Below, one piece after another: positions 38,907 to 49,319 of a stretch of DNA of 64,000 nt. Every line of letters begins with the position of its first letter. The first letter of the stretch is position 1. Made by a program: the position numbers and the translations under genes. Below the pieces are notes generated by a model that had not been told where the DNA came from, ran no database searches, and saw only the letters and a program-made list of their open reading frames with translations. Source of the stretch: a virus; the IMG/VR virus record IMGVR_UViG_3300030380_006483. One strand, 5' to 3'.

Positions 38907-39323
38907 ATGGATTACGAAATTAATTTTGAAGATTTGGCAAATAAACTATTTTGCACATTTACCACGGAGGAAAGCCTAGGATCAACTGTAGATACTATAA
39001 AAGACCAATATCAAATACTTTTTAATAAAATATTTGTATTATATGTAGAATCTACAAAAGAATATGTTTGTACATATAATGTTGATTCATTTAATATGTC
39101 TAGTAAAATACTAGATAATACAATTCTTTTACATAGAAAAAAAGAATCCAATACTTTATATACTATTAATGCACTTAATGATTTAATTCGTTCTTTAAAT
39201 AGTGGTGAATTAGATACTAATTATAGAGTAAATTGGCAAGACTACAGAAATTGCATCTTATTAACCACGGGTGGTGAGTTAAAAAAATTAGATACAAAAA
39301 TACATGAGATCCTTACATTTTAG
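38907..39323 (+). CDS. Hypothetical protein in replication module
   Basis: 138 aa ORF between polymerase and SSB. Confidence 0.6.
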   Translation: MDYEINFEDLANKLFCTFTTEESLGSTVDTIKDQYQILFNKIFVLYVESTKEYVCTYNVDSFNMSSKILDNTILLHRKKESNTLYTINALNDLIRSLNSGELDTNYRVNWQDYRNCILLTTGGELKKLDTKIHEILTF

Positions 39324-39355
39324 TTTGGATATCATAAATTAAGTTATTACATTAT
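39324..39355 (+). promoter_or_regulatory. Putative Bacteroidota-type promoter
   Basis: TTTG-N20-TACATTAT upstream of SSB. Confidence 0.5.
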
Positions 39356-39385
39356 CAACCGTTTCAAATTAAAAAAAGTTATATT

Positions 39386-40165
39386 ATGGATTTAAAATTA
39401 ATCTCAAGCAAGTTAGAACAATTACAGACCAAACCTGGTCAAAACAACAATCAGAAATTTGACAGAAGTCAATATTTTTGGAAAGCACCTATGGGTAAAT
39501 CACAAGTTAGATTTGTCCCTTATAAGGAAAATAAAGAAAACCCATTTACTGAAGTTTTCTTTCATTATGGAATAGGAAGTAGAACAATGATCTCACCAAT
39601 TAATTATGGTGATAAAGATCCTATTGTAGAATTTTCTAAAGAATTAAGAAAAACATCTGAACCTGAAAATTGGAGGTTAGCTAAGAAATTAGAACCAAAA
39701 ATGAGGGTATTTGCTCCTGTAATAGTTAGAGGGGAAGAAAATAAAGGTGTTAGATTTTGGGAATTTGGAAAACAAGTATACCAAGAATTACTAAGTTATG
39801 CAGCAGACGAAGATTACGGTGATTTTACTGATGTAGTCTCTGGTTTAGATATGACAGTAGAAGTAGTTCAAGGTAATCCTTACCCACAAACTTCACTTAG
39901 AGTAAAACCAAAACAATCAGTTTTATCTGATGATAATGCTGAAGTTGAAAAATGGTTATCTGATCAACCTGAATTATTAAAATATTATAAAAGGGTTTCT
40001 TATGATGATATGAAAACAGCACTTCAGGATTGGTTAAACCCAGAAGATACTACTACAGATACTCCAACTACAACAACTACAGAAGGAGATACTGGTTATA
40101 CTTTGAATGTTAAACAAAAAGAATCGTTCAACGAGGACGAATTCGACGATTTATTTAAAGATTAA
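39386..40165 (+). CDS. Single-stranded DNA-binding protein (gp32-like)
   Basis: FWK...VRFVPY...PF.EVFFHY...DPIVE, VRFWEFGKQVY and an acidic tail ending EDEFDDLFKD. Confidence 0.85.
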   Translation: MDLKLISSKLEQLQTKPGQNNNQKFDRSQYFWKAPMGKSQVRFVPYKENKENPFTEVFFHYGIGSRTMISPINYGDKDPIVEFSKELRKTSEPENWRLAKKLEPKMRVFAPVIVRGEENKGVRFWEFGKQVYQELLSYAADEDYGDFTDVVSGLDMTVEVVQGNPYPQTSLRVKPKQSVLSDDNAEVEKWLSDQPELLKYYKRVSYDDMKTALQDWLNPEDTTTDTPTTTTTEGDTGYTLNVKQKESFNEDEFDDLFKD

Positions 40166-40169
40166 TTAA

Positions 40170-41255
40170 ATGGCAAGAAAAAAAGTAAGCCTTGGGGGCG
40201 ATATCTCCAAGTCTGTTAAGGGAACGTTCTCCCTTGATAAATTTAAAGCAGCAAAAGGTTTAGGATCATCTAATAATACCTTTAAAGAACAATCATGGAT
40301 ACCTTTATCTCCAGCGTGGCAAGAAATGGTATCATTACCTGGTGTTCCTGCAGGTCATATTACTTTATTACGTGGACACTCTGATACTGGTAAAACTACC
40401 GCTTTATTAGAGGTAGCTGTTAATGCTCAAAAAATGGGAATATTACCTGTTTTTATAGTAACTGAGATGAAATGGTCTTGGGAACATGCTATGATGATGG
40501 GTCTAGAAGTAGATCTTGAAAAAGATGAAGATGGTAATACAATAGGAGTTGATGGTAATTTTATTTTTGCTGATAGAGGGCAATTACCAACAGTAGAAGC
40601 TGTAGCAGGTTTTATGGCTGATTTAATGAATGAACAGAAAAAAGGTAATTTACCTATGGATATGGTATTCTTATGGGATTCTATTGGGTCTGTTCCATGT
40701 CAAATGTCAGTTGAAAAAGCTAAAAATAATAATGAATGGAATGCTGGAGCAATGTCTACTCAATTTGGTAATTTTATAAACCAAGAAATCTTATTATCAA
40801 GAAAAGAATCTAGTCCTTACACTAATACATTAGTTGCTATTAATAAGATTTGGGTTGAAAAACCAATAGGTCCTATGCAACCACCAACTATGAAAAATAA
40901 GGGTGGTAACACAATGTTCTTTGATTCAACATTAATAGTAACATTTGGTAATATCTCTAATTCAGGTAATTTAAAAGTTAATGCAGTTAAAGATGGTAAA
41001 AAGGTAGAATGGGCTAAAAAGGTTAAAACCGCTGTTGAAAAAAACCATATTAATGGTGTTACAACTACGGGTAAAATCATAGTTACACCTCATGGCTTTA
41101 TATCTGATACTAAAAAAGATATAGACAATTATAAAAAAGCTCACCAATCAGAATGGGGTGCTATATTAGGTGAAGGTCCAATTGAAATAGTTTTAGAAGG
41201 ATCTGAAGATGAAGATTTTGCTAATGTAGAAGCGATGGATGAAAGAACTCTATAA
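40170..41255 (+). CDS. uvsX: RecA/UvsX-like recombinase
   Basis: Walker A GHSDTGKT, Walker B FLWDSIGS, and KGGNTMFFDS. Confidence 0.9.
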   Translation: MARKKVSLGGDISKSVKGTFSLDKFKAAKGLGSSNNTFKEQSWIPLSPAWQEMVSLPGVPAGHITLLRGHSDTGKTTALLEVAVNAQKMGILPVFIVTEMKWSWEHAMMMGLEVDLEKDEDGNTIGVDGNFIFADRGQLPTVEAVAGFMADLMNEQKKGNLPMDMVFLWDSIGSVPCQMSVEKAKNNNEWNAGAMSTQFGNFINQEILLSRKESSPYTNTLVAINKIWVEKPIGPMQPPTMKNKGGNTMFFDSTLIVTFGNISNSGNLKVNAVKDGKKVEWAKKVKTAVEKNHINGVTTTGKIIVTPHGFISDTKKDIDNYKKAHQSEWGAILGEGPIEIVLEGSEDEDFANVEAMDERTL

Positions 41256-42267
41256 AGATATACTCAACAACTTGCATGAGGAGTCCAATTTAGAGCCCCT
41301 ACACTTAAACAGTAGGGTGCTCTTAATTGATTCTATGAACACGTTTTTGCGTTCATTTGCTATGATTCCCGCTATTAATCCACAAGGAAATCATGTTGGT
41401 GGTTTAGTTGGTTTTTTAAAATCATTAGGATATGTTATTAAACTAATTAGACCAACTAGAGTTATCTTAGTTTTTGATGGTCAAGGTAATATTACAAATC
41501 GTAGAAATACCTATTCTGAATATAAAGCAAATCGTCAAATAAAAAGAATTACAAATTTTAAAGTTTTCTCAACATTAGCAGAAGAATCTGATTCAATTGC
41601 AACACAAATGTTAAGATTATTAGATTATTTAAAATCATTGCCCGTTAATATATCAATAATTGATAAAATAGAGGCAGATGATACTATAGCTTACCTATCA
41701 CAAAAATTAAAAGATGATATTATTATCTATTCTGCTGATCAGGATTTTTTACAATTAGTAGATGATAGAATAACTGTATATTCACCTATTAAAAAGAAAT
41801 TTTATAAACCAAATGATGTTTATGAGCAATATGGTATGCATCCCTATAATTTTATTACAATGAAATGTTTAATGGGTGATAAATCTGATAATTTACCAGG
41901 TGTTAAGGGATTAGGTCCTAAAAAATTAATGAAATATTTTCCTGAAATAGCAGGTGAAAAAAGATTTACTTTACAAGAGGCATATCAAAAAGCAACTGAT
42001 AAAGTAGAAGAACATGGAATATATGGTAATGTTCATTTATTTAAAAGTCAATTAGAAATTAATTATGAACTAATGTCTTTAAAAAATATTGAATTATTAG
42101 ATAAAGATCAAAAAGAACTAGATGAATTAATAGATTCTCCTCCTTATGATTTTAATAAAAAAAGATTTTTAGAGATGTATGAAAAAGATTTATTAGGTAG
42201 AGGAATTCCTAATACAGAATTTTGGTTAGCAGAAGTTTTTTCGTATCTTCAAAAATATAAAAAATGA
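41239..42267 (+). CDS. 5'-3' exonuclease / T4 RNase H / flap endonuclease
   Basis: LLIDSMN, VFDG, YKANR, EADDTIAY, SADQDFLQL and GDKSDNLPGVKGLGPK motifs. Confidence 0.93.
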   Translation: MKELYKDILNNLHEESNLEPLHLNSRVLLIDSMNTFLRSFAMIPAINPQGNHVGGLVGFLKSLGYVIKLIRPTRVILVFDGQGNITNRRNTYSEYKANRQIKRITNFKVFSTLAEESDSIATQMLRLLDYLKSLPVNISIIDKIEADDTIAYLSQKLKDDIIIYSADQDFLQLVDDRITVYSPIKKKFYKPNDVYEQYGMHPYNFITMKCLMGDKSDNLPGVKGLGPKKLMKYFPEIAGEKRFTLQEAYQKATDKVEEHGIYGNVHLFKSQLEINYELMSLKNIELLDKDQKELDELIDSPPYDFNKKRFLEMYEKDLLGRGIPNTEFWLAEVFSYLQKYKK

Positions 42268-42836
42268 ATATAAAAAATATTTTTCCTACTGGTATTATTA
42301 CCCATCAGGTATCACCTCAAATAGCAGATTATGTAGAGGATTTAGTAGTACCTAGGTTAAAGCATTTAGATTTTAATAATGAAAATTATTCTGATTTTTT
42401 TAATAAAGAAGAAATATTAAATATTAACGAAGTCCCTTTACTAAAGAAAGAAATTGAAAAGTGTATAAATTTTTTCGAAAAAACTTATTCAATTCCAAAT
42501 AAAACTAAAATAAATTCATATTGGGTTCAAGATTATAAATTTAATAATTTTCATGGTATTCATAATCATGGTAGGAATGAAATATCTATAGTATATTGGA
42601 TAAGAGCCAATGAAGATGCCGGTATGTTTTGTCTGAGTAACCCTTCTCCATTTACTAATCTTTGGTATTCACCATATGCATTTTATGATAATTCAAATAA
42701 CCCTTATATTAAAGATAAATATGTTATCCAACCAACTAAAGGTTCTCTTATAGCATTTCCAAGTTTTTTAAATCATGAGGTCCTCCCAGGGGGAAAAAAT
42801 TGTATAAGAACTACTTTAGCTTTAAATTCTCTATAA
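42264..42836 (+). CDS. 2OG-Fe(II) oxygenase-like protein 1
   Basis: WVQ...HGIHNH...SIVYWI...GSLIAFPSFLNHEV...RTTLALN jelly-roll motifs. Confidence 0.8.
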   Translation: MNIKNIFPTGIITHQVSPQIADYVEDLVVPRLKHLDFNNENYSDFFNKEEILNINEVPLLKKEIEKCINFFEKTYSIPNKTKINSYWVQDYKFNNFHGIHNHGRNEISIVYWIRANEDAGMFCLSNPSPFTNLWYSPYAFYDNSNNPYIKDKYVIQPTKGSLIAFPSFLNHEVLPGGKNCIRTTLALNSL

Positions 42837-44215
42837 TGACACTAAAAAGTTTATCTCAATATGGTCCCCATTTTCAAGTAAAAGTATTACATTCTTTACT
42901 TAAAAATAAGAAATTTACTCTTAATATTAGAGATGTTATTATGCCTTCTTATTTTGAAAATGAAGCACATAAATGGATTGTTAGAGAAGCATTACAATAT
43001 TTTGATAAATTTCATGCTAATCCAACTTTAGATTTTTTAAAAATTGAAGTTAAAAAGTTAGATAATGAAGTATTAAAAATTGCTATTGTAGAGCAATTAA
43101 AAGAAATATATAAATTAACCAATGATGATCAGGAATATGTTGAAGGTGAGTTTTCTAGTTTTTGTAAAAACCAATCATTAAAAGATGCATTACTTAAATC
43201 AGTAGATTTACTTGCTGGTGGAATGTTTGATGATATTAGATTTACAATTGATAATGCATTAAAAGCAGGACAAGACAAAGATATAGGACATGAGTATCTA
43301 AAAGATATGGAAGCCCGTTACAAAGAAGAAGATCGTCAAGTAATACCAACTCCTTGGGCTGTTATAAATGAAAGATTAATGGGTGGTTTAGGTGGAGGAG
43401 ATTTTGGTTTAATATTTGGTTCCCCAGGTGGTGGTAAATCTTGGAGTTTAGTTGCTTTAGGGGCACATGCTATAAAATTAGGATTAAATGTTATACATTA
43501 CACTCTAGAATTATCAGAAGGATATGTTGGAAAAAGATATGATGCACACTTTGTTAACCAACCAGTAAATACTATCCATTTACATAAAGAAAAAATAGAT
43601 GAATATGTTAAAGGTTTAAAAGGAACTTTAACAATTAAAGAATATTCACCAGGACAAGCGTCTATGTCTACAATAGAAGCACACATCTCAAAAGTCACAG
43701 ATTTAGGTTATGCTCCTGATTTAGTAATTATTGATTATGTAGATTTATTAAAAAGTACTAGTGGATCTAAAGATGAAAAAGAAAAATTAGATAACACTTA
43801 TATATCTACTAAAGCACTAGCCAGAACTTTAAATATTCCTATTTGGTCTGTATCACAAGTTAATAGAGCAGGTGCAAGAGATGAAACCATTGAAGGGGAT
43901 AAGGCGGCAGGATCATATAATAAAATGATGATTACTGATTTTTGTATGTCTTTATCAAGATTACCTCAAGATAAGGTTAATGGTACTGGTAGATTTTTTA
44001 TAATGAAAAATAGATATGGATTTGATGGTGTAACTTATCATGCTGACATAGATGCATCAACAGGCCACATAAAAATGGATGAAGAACCAAGAATTTTTAC
44101 TGAAAATGAGCCGGTTTCAACATCTAACAATTTTAACGAACCAACGAAGAATGATAAATTTGTATTAAATCAACTTTTTCAAGATTCTTCTTTAATTAAT
44201 GATAAGGATTCATAG
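42836..44215 (+). CDS. Replicative DNA helicase (DnaB/gp41-like)
   Basis: Walker A GSPGGGKS, HYTLELSE, IIDYVDLL, SQVNRAG and KNRYG; start reassigned to ATG 42836 (TAATG overlap). Confidence 0.93.
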   Translation: MTLKSLSQYGPHFQVKVLHSLLKNKKFTLNIRDVIMPSYFENEAHKWIVREALQYFDKFHANPTLDFLKIEVKKLDNEVLKIAIVEQLKEIYKLTNDDQEYVEGEFSSFCKNQSLKDALLKSVDLLAGGMFDDIRFTIDNALKAGQDKDIGHEYLKDMEARYKEEDRQVIPTPWAVINERLMGGLGGGDFGLIFGSPGGGKSWSLVALGAHAIKLGLNVIHYTLELSEGYVGKRYDAHFVNQPVNTIHLHKEKIDEYVKGLKGTLTIKEYSPGQASMSTIEAHISKVTDLGYAPDLVIIDYVDLLKSTSGSKDEKEKLDNTYISTKALARTLNIPIWSVSQVNRAGARDETIEGDKAAGSYNKMMITDFCMSLSRLPQDKVNGTGRFFIMKNRYGFDGVTYHADIDASTGHIKMDEEPRIFTENEPVSTSNNFNEPTKNDKFVLNQLFQDSSLINDKDS

Positions 44216-44259
44216 TATATATTGTATTTATGACCCCAAAATTTTAAAAAATAATTTAT

Positions 44260-45240
44260 ATGAGAGACATAACCCAAGAAAGAATAGTATATAAGCCATT
44301 TGAATATCCAGAAGCACATGATTATTGGATGAAACAACAACAAGCACATTGGTTACACACTGAAGTACCTATGATGTCAGATGTTAATGATTGGAAACAA
44401 AATTTAAATGAAAATGAAAAAAATATAATTGGTACTATTTTAAAGGGGTTTGCCCAAACAGAAACAGTAGTAAATGATTATTGGACTAACTTAGTAACAT
44501 CTTGGTTTAGAAAACCGGAAATTATCAAAATGGGTGTTACATTTGGTGCATTTGAAACTATTCATGCTGAGGCATATTCGTTATTAAATGAAGAATTAGG
44601 ATTAGATGATTTTAGTGAATTTTTAGAGGATGAAACTACAATGGCTAAAATTGAAACATTAATGGAGGTTAGAGATTCTCATGATGGTACTCCCGATTGG
44701 AGTGCTAGAGCAAAATCATTAGCTGTTTTTTCTGCTTTTACAGAAGGGGTTAACTTATTTTCATCATTTGCTATTTTATTATCTTTTAAATTAAGAAATT
44801 TACTAAAAGGTGTAGGACAAATAGTAGAATGGAGTATTAGAGATGAATCATTACATTCAAACGCAGGATGTTGGTTATTTAGACAATTAATGGAAGAAAA
44901 ACCAGAATTAAATACTCCTGAATTAAGAGAATCTATTAAAGAAGCAGCTTTATTATCTTTAAAGCTAGAGTTAGATTTTATAGATAAAGTTTATGAAATG
45001 GGAGATTTGGAAGGTTGTTCTAAATATGATTTAGTTTCATTTATTAAACATAGAGTTAATACTAAAATGGGTGATTTAGGATTAGAGCCCGTAGTTAATG
45101 GTATAGATAAGGAAGCAGTACAAAGAATGAAATGGTTTGATTCTTTATCTGCTGGAAAACAACATACAGATTTCTTTGCAAATCGAGTTACAAATTATTC
45201 AAAAGGAGCCCAAAAGTGGGACGCAAACGACTTATTTTAA
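44260..45240 (+). CDS. nrdB: Ribonucleotide reductase class I beta subunit
   Basis: FAQTETVVNDYW, ETIHAEAY, FTEGVNLFSSF, RDESLH and DFFANRVTNY motifs. Confidence 0.95.
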   Translation: MRDITQERIVYKPFEYPEAHDYWMKQQQAHWLHTEVPMMSDVNDWKQNLNENEKNIIGTILKGFAQTETVVNDYWTNLVTSWFRKPEIIKMGVTFGAFETIHAEAYSLLNEELGLDDFSEFLEDETTMAKIETLMEVRDSHDGTPDWSARAKSLAVFSAFTEGVNLFSSFAILLSFKLRNLLKGVGQIVEWSIRDESLHSNAGCWLFRQLMEEKPELNTPELRESIKEAALLSLKLELDFIDKVYEMGDLEGCSKYDLVSFIKHRVNTKMGDLGLEPVVNGIDKEAVQRMKWFDSLSAGKQHTDFFANRVTNYSKGAQKWDANDLF

Positions 45241-45241
45241 A

Positions 45242-46954
45242 ATGGACGGAAATATTAGTGTAGATACTTCAAATTGGGAAGTAGGAAAAGATTACCCTAC
45301 TTGGATGGATGAAATTTCTTTGGCAACTGTGTCTAAAGGTTATTTAATCCCTGGAGAAACCCCAAAAACAGCATATAAAAGAGTTGCAAGAGCTGCGGCT
45401 ATGAGATTAAGAAAACCTGAATTAGAAAATAAGTTCTATAAACTAATGTGGAATGGATGGTTAGGTCTTGCCTCACCAGTATTTTCTAATATGGGAACAG
45501 ATAGAGGTTTACCAATTTCATGTTTTGGTGTTGATACACCTGATTCAATTAGAGGAATTGGGTTAACAAATGCAGAAGTTATGAAATTAACTTCACAAGG
45601 TGGGGGTGTAGGAATTTCCGTTTCTAGAATTAGATCTAGAGGAACATCTATCACAGGTAATGGCAAATCAGAAGGAGTAGTTCCTTGGTGTAAAATCTAT
45701 GATTCTACTATTATTGCTACTAATCAAGGCAATGTTAGAAGAGGTGCTGCATCAGTAAATTTAGATATTAACCATCCTGATATTGAAGAATACTTACAAA
45801 TTAGAAGACCAAAAGGTGATCCAAATAGACAATGTTTAAATCTTCACCAATGTGTTGTTGTAGATGATGTGTTTATGAGAAAATTAGAATCAAGGGATCA
45901 AGAGGCAATGGCGTTATGGGCAGAGATTTTAAAATCAAGAATGGAAACTGGTGAACCTTATATAATGTATAAGGATAATGTAAATAAAAATAACCCTATT
46001 GCTTATATGATGAATAATTTAGATGTAAGTATGACAAATATCTGTACTGAAATCACCTTATTTACTGATGAAGAACATTCATTTATTTGTTGTTTATCTT
46101 CTTTAAATTTAGCTAAATATGATGAATGGAAAGATACAGATACTGTAGAAGTTGCTACTTGGTTCTTAGATGGTGTAATGCAAGAATTTATAGATAAATC
46201 AAATGGTAAAGATTCATTAAAAAGAACTCATGCCCATGCTAAAAAAGGTAGAGCATTAGGATTAGGGGTAATGGGATGGCATACTTATTTACAACAAAAA
46301 GAATTACCATTTAATTCAATTGCTTCAACTGCTCATACACACAATATTTTTTCAGATATTAAAAATAAAGCTGAAAGAGCATCAAGAGACTTAGCACAAG
46401 AATATGGAGAACCACTTTGGTGTAAGGGTACTGGTATGAGAAATACGCATTTACTTGCGATAGCTCCTACTGTATCGAATAGTGTAATTACTGGTGGTAT
46501 TTCCGCTGGTATTGAGCCGTTACCTGCTAATATTTACACATTTAATGGCGCTAAAGGTACATTTATTCGTAAAAATAAAGTATTAGAAATTTTACTAGAA
46601 TCTAAAAAAGAAAATAAAAATAAATGGTGGGATCAAATGCTAGCTGATGGAGGATCTGTTCAAAATTTACCTGATACTGTTTTATCTCCTGATGAAAAAG
46701 AATTATTCTTAACATTTCCAGAAATTAATCAATTAGAATTAGTTAGACAGGCTGCTATTAGACAAAGATATTTAGATCAAACTCAATCATTAAATTTAAG
46801 TTTTGATCCTAATGATTCTCCTAAATGGATAAATCAATGTCATATTGAGGCTTGGAAATTAGGAATTAAAACCCTTTATTATCTAAGAACAGATTCAGTA
46901 ATTAAAGGTGATTTAGGATCACGTATGGCTGATTGTGTTTCTTGTGAAGGATAA
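45242..46954 (+). CDS. nrdA: Ribonucleotide reductase class I alpha subunit
   Basis: PISCF, QGNVRRGA, TNICTEI, CCLSSLN, AIAPT and C-terminal CVSCEG; no ATP cone; start reassigned to ATG 45242. Confidence 0.95.
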   Translation: MDGNISVDTSNWEVGKDYPTWMDEISLATVSKGYLIPGETPKTAYKRVARAAAMRLRKPELENKFYKLMWNGWLGLASPVFSNMGTDRGLPISCFGVDTPDSIRGIGLTNAEVMKLTSQGGGVGISVSRIRSRGTSITGNGKSEGVVPWCKIYDSTIIATNQGNVRRGAASVNLDINHPDIEEYLQIRRPKGDPNRQCLNLHQCVVVDDVFMRKLESRDQEAMALWAEILKSRMETGEPYIMYKDNVNKNNPIAYMMNNLDVSMTNICTEITLFTDEEHSFICCLSSLNLAKYDEWKDTDTVEVATWFLDGVMQEFIDKSNGKDSLKRTHAHAKKGRALGLGVMGWHTYLQQKELPFNSIASTAHTHNIFSDIKNKAERASRDLAQEYGEPLWCKGTGMRNTHLLAIAPTVSNSVITGGISAGIEPLPANIYTFNGAKGTFIRKNKVLEILLESKKENKNKWWDQMLADGGSVQNLPDTVLSPDEKELFLTFPEINQLELVRQAAIRQRYLDQTQSLNLSFDPNDSPKWINQCHIEAWKLGIKTLYYLRTDSVIKGDLGSRMADCVSCEG

Positions 46955-46970
46955 ATTAATTATTTAAAAA

Positions 46971-47774
46971 ATGGATATTAGAAAAAAAGATGCTGAAATA
47001 AAAAATGAATTAAAAGATTTAGATAAGTCTATAACAAATTATTTACATACATCAAAAATTAAAAGAAAACAAAAATTTGAAAAAAAATGGTTTCGTTTAA
47101 TTAAAAAATATTTTTTACCTAATTTAAATAAAACTTTTATATTAGAACAAAGAAATCTAAAAATAATAATTAAAAATACCCAACAAAATATAATAGACAT
47201 TTCATTAGAAACTAAAAGAGAAATTAAAAATGAAAAAAGTTTTTTTACTAATATCTTAAGTACAAATTGTACTCATGGGAAAGAAAGTTTAGTATATAAA
47301 AGCTTTTCTTTATTAGGTAAAATTTCTGAATTGTTGTTAAAAAATGAAAATATATTTTTAAAAGAATTAAATATAATTTATAACCAAATTGAAGAAGAAT
47401 ATATAAATAAAGTCCAACCTAAGTATAAAAAACAAGTTAAAGTATGGATGGAAAAATATGAAAAATATATAGAATGGCATTATTCTCTTTTTTTAAAAGA
47501 ATTACAAGAAAATAATTTGTTAGAATTTGATGAACCTGAAGATTTTTCCCACAGGGGTTTTAATATTGATAAAAAATGTATAAATTCTATTAGTTTTTCT
47601 AATGTTAACCTTAAAAAAGATTATGGTGAAGTTAAATTACATACTATAGATAATAAGGTTTATCATTTAAAATATGATGATTTTAAACTCTCTATGTTAA
47701 ATGTTTTTATAACAGAAGGTAAAATACTTCGTTTTAAAAAATTTAAAGATCTTGATAAGTTTTGGTATAAATAA
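46971..47774 (+). CDS. Lys-rich hypothetical protein
   Basis: 267 aa, very AT-rich; no family recognised. Confidence 0.5.
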   Translation: MDIRKKDAEIKNELKDLDKSITNYLHTSKIKRKQKFEKKWFRLIKKYFLPNLNKTFILEQRNLKIIIKNTQQNIIDISLETKREIKNEKSFFTNILSTNCTHGKESLVYKSFSLLGKISELLLKNENIFLKELNIIYNQIEEEYINKVQPKYKKQVKVWMEKYEKYIEWHYSLFLKELQENNLLEFDEPEDFSHRGFNIDKKCINSISFSNVNLKKDYGEVKLHTIDNKVYHLKYDDFKLSMLNVFITEGKILRFKKFKDLDKFWYK

Positions 47775-47775
47775 A

Positions 47776-47807
47776 TTTGATTACCTGAAAAATTTTTCGT
47801 ACATTTA
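47776..47807 (+). promoter_or_regulatory. Putative Bacteroidota-type early promoter
   Basis: TTTG-N20-TACATTTA; spacer shares TACCTGAAA and TTCG with the 48584 copy. Confidence 0.65.
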
Positions 47808-47829
47808 CGGCCAATTTAAAATATAAAAT

Positions 47830-48234
47830 ATGGAAAAGGTTATAGTAGAATATGATAATGATGTTGTTTCAACTTACGATATCGTTACTTTTAGATCATA
47901 TAAAAAAGGTAAAAAAGAAGTATTATTTAATCACGTAGATGATTTAATTAATCACCCCTCTGTGAGATCTCATAAATTTGTAAATCCCACAAAAAAGAGA
48001 AGTGTAGGAGAAGGTACTACTTCAACTTACATACCAAAAAATAAAAAAGAAAATATTTCAATGCCTATAGAAATAGCTGATGAAATAGTCATGTTTGCTA
48101 AGGGTGATGGAGCTGGTTTTACTAAAGAAATAGTAGACAAATGGAATCAATATCTTGACTTTAATTTACATACTAAATTTGAAAGGTATGGTTTTACTGG
48201 TTCTTCAAGATTAAATACTATTTTTAAAATATAA
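47830..48234 (+). CDS. Hypothetical protein
   Basis: 134 aa ORF downstream of the promoter. Confidence 0.55.
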   Translation: MEKVIVEYDNDVVSTYDIVTFRSYKKGKKEVLFNHVDDLINHPSVRSHKFVNPTKKRSVGEGTTSTYIPKNKKENISMPIEIADEIVMFAKGDGAGFTKEIVDKWNQYLDFNLHTKFERYGFTGSSRLNTIFKI

Positions 48235-48582
48235 ATGGATCCAAAATTAATATTTTTAGGTTTTTTATACTTTATAATTGGTCAAGTAATTATTTGGTTC
48301 CAATCACATTTACAATTTTTTAATAATTGGTCTAAAGATAATCCTTTTATAATATCAATAGCTGGTATATTAGTATCATATGTTTCAATTTTAGCTACAA
48401 AACACTTAGCAGATGCCTTTGATGGTTTGGTTTGGCCTTCAAGACTTATAGGATTTGGAATAGGAATAGTTATATTTTCAGGTTTAACTTGGTGGTTATT
48501 AGGTGAAAAACTAGATATGAAATCAGCTATATGTGTTGTACTAGCATTTTGTATACTTCTAATTCAACTTTACTGGAAATAA
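48235..48582 (+). CDS. Small four-helix membrane protein (SMR/DMT-like)
   Basis: Four hydrophobic segments; WWLLGEKLDMKSAICVVL resembles DMT-family ends. Confidence 0.55.
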   Translation: MDPKLIFLGFLYFIIGQVIIWFQSHLQFFNNWSKDNPFIISIAGILVSYVSILATKHLADAFDGLVWPSRLIGFGIGIVIFSGLTWWLLGEKLDMKSAICVVLAFCILLIQLYWK

Positions 48583-48583
48583 A

Positions 48584-48615
48584 TTTGGCTACCTGAAATA
48601 GGGTTCGTATATTTA
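48584..48615 (+). promoter_or_regulatory. Putative Bacteroidota-type early promoter
   Basis: TTTG-N20-TATATTTA. Confidence 0.65.
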
Positions 48616-48643
48616 CGTGTTCAATTAAAAAGTTAAAGGTTAT

Positions 48644-48781
48644 ATGGATACATTAGTTTATATATTTGCAGGCATTGGAGTACTAGCTACTGTAATAGCC
48701 TTATATTATTTCATAAAAGATCAGTATGCGATCTGGGAGATGAATACTTACGAGAGATTAAAAAAGAAATTTGATTGGTAA
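48644..48781 (+). CDS. Unlisted 45 aa single-TM protein
   Basis: MDTLVYIFAGIGVLATVIALYYFIKDQY...KKKFDW*; directly after the promoter; TAATG overlap with the next gene. Confidence 0.55.
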   Translation: MDTLVYIFAGIGVLATVIALYYFIKDQYAIWEMNTYERLKKKFDW

Positions 48782-48963
48782 TGAGTACTCATCCTATTGT
48801 TCAGGAATTTATAGAATTTAAGAATAGACAACTATTAAAATTAGTTAATAGGGAGATTAAATTTAAAGATTTTATTCATCTTGTAGATGAAACTAAACAA
48901 GAAGCTATTAAAGAAAGTGGCTTATCTAAAAAAGAATTTTCAAAACAAGTAATAAATGGCTAA
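48781..48963 (+). CDS. Small hypothetical protein
   Basis: Start reassigned to ATG 48781. Confidence 0.5.
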   Translation: MSTHPIVQEFIEFKNRQLLKLVNREIKFKDFIHLVDETKQEAIKESGLSKKEFSKQVING

Positions 48964-49096
48964 ATCACCAAAATGGATATTATATAATGGCAAAAAGAAA
49001 AAATGTTTTGGCATTCACACTAATGATAATTATATTGTAAAAATGAACGGAACATTAGTTCAAATACCTAAAGAAAAAGTTGAAATATATGGCTAG
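48956..49096 (+). CDS. Unlisted 46 aa basic protein
   Basis: MAKSPKWILYNGKKKKCFGIH...KVEIYG*; tiles the gap with overlaps at both ends. Confidence 0.45.
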   Translation: MAKSPKWILYNGKKKKCFGIHTNDNYIVKMNGTLVQIPKEKVEIYG

Positions 49097-49319
49097 AGGA
49101 AGAACTTCAGAGTACGCTAAATTACCAATTAGTATTGTATTTGCTACTTCAAAAAGATCAAATGCAAAAATTAAAATTAAAACTATTAAAAATAGAAATA
49201 TTGATCAATTACTTGACTGTAATTTTAATATTCCTGGTATTCCTAAAATAGCAGTTATATTAGAGGTTGGAGTAGGTAAAGCTTTTCACGACATTTATAA
49301 GAAGAAATATGGTCTATAA
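49089..49319 (+). CDS. Small basic hypothetical protein
   Basis: Start reassigned to ATG 49089. Confidence 0.5.
   Translation: MARGRTSEYAKLPISIVFATSKRSNAKIKIKTIKNRNIDQLLDCNFNIPGIPKIAVILEVGVGKAFHDIYKKKYGL

Noticed and set aside
44260-47774. Intron, intein or homing endonuclease at nrdAB
   Set aside because: NrdA and NrdB are of compact normal length without intein motifs. The downstream 267 aa ORF shows no HNH, GIY-YIG or LAGLIDADG motif.
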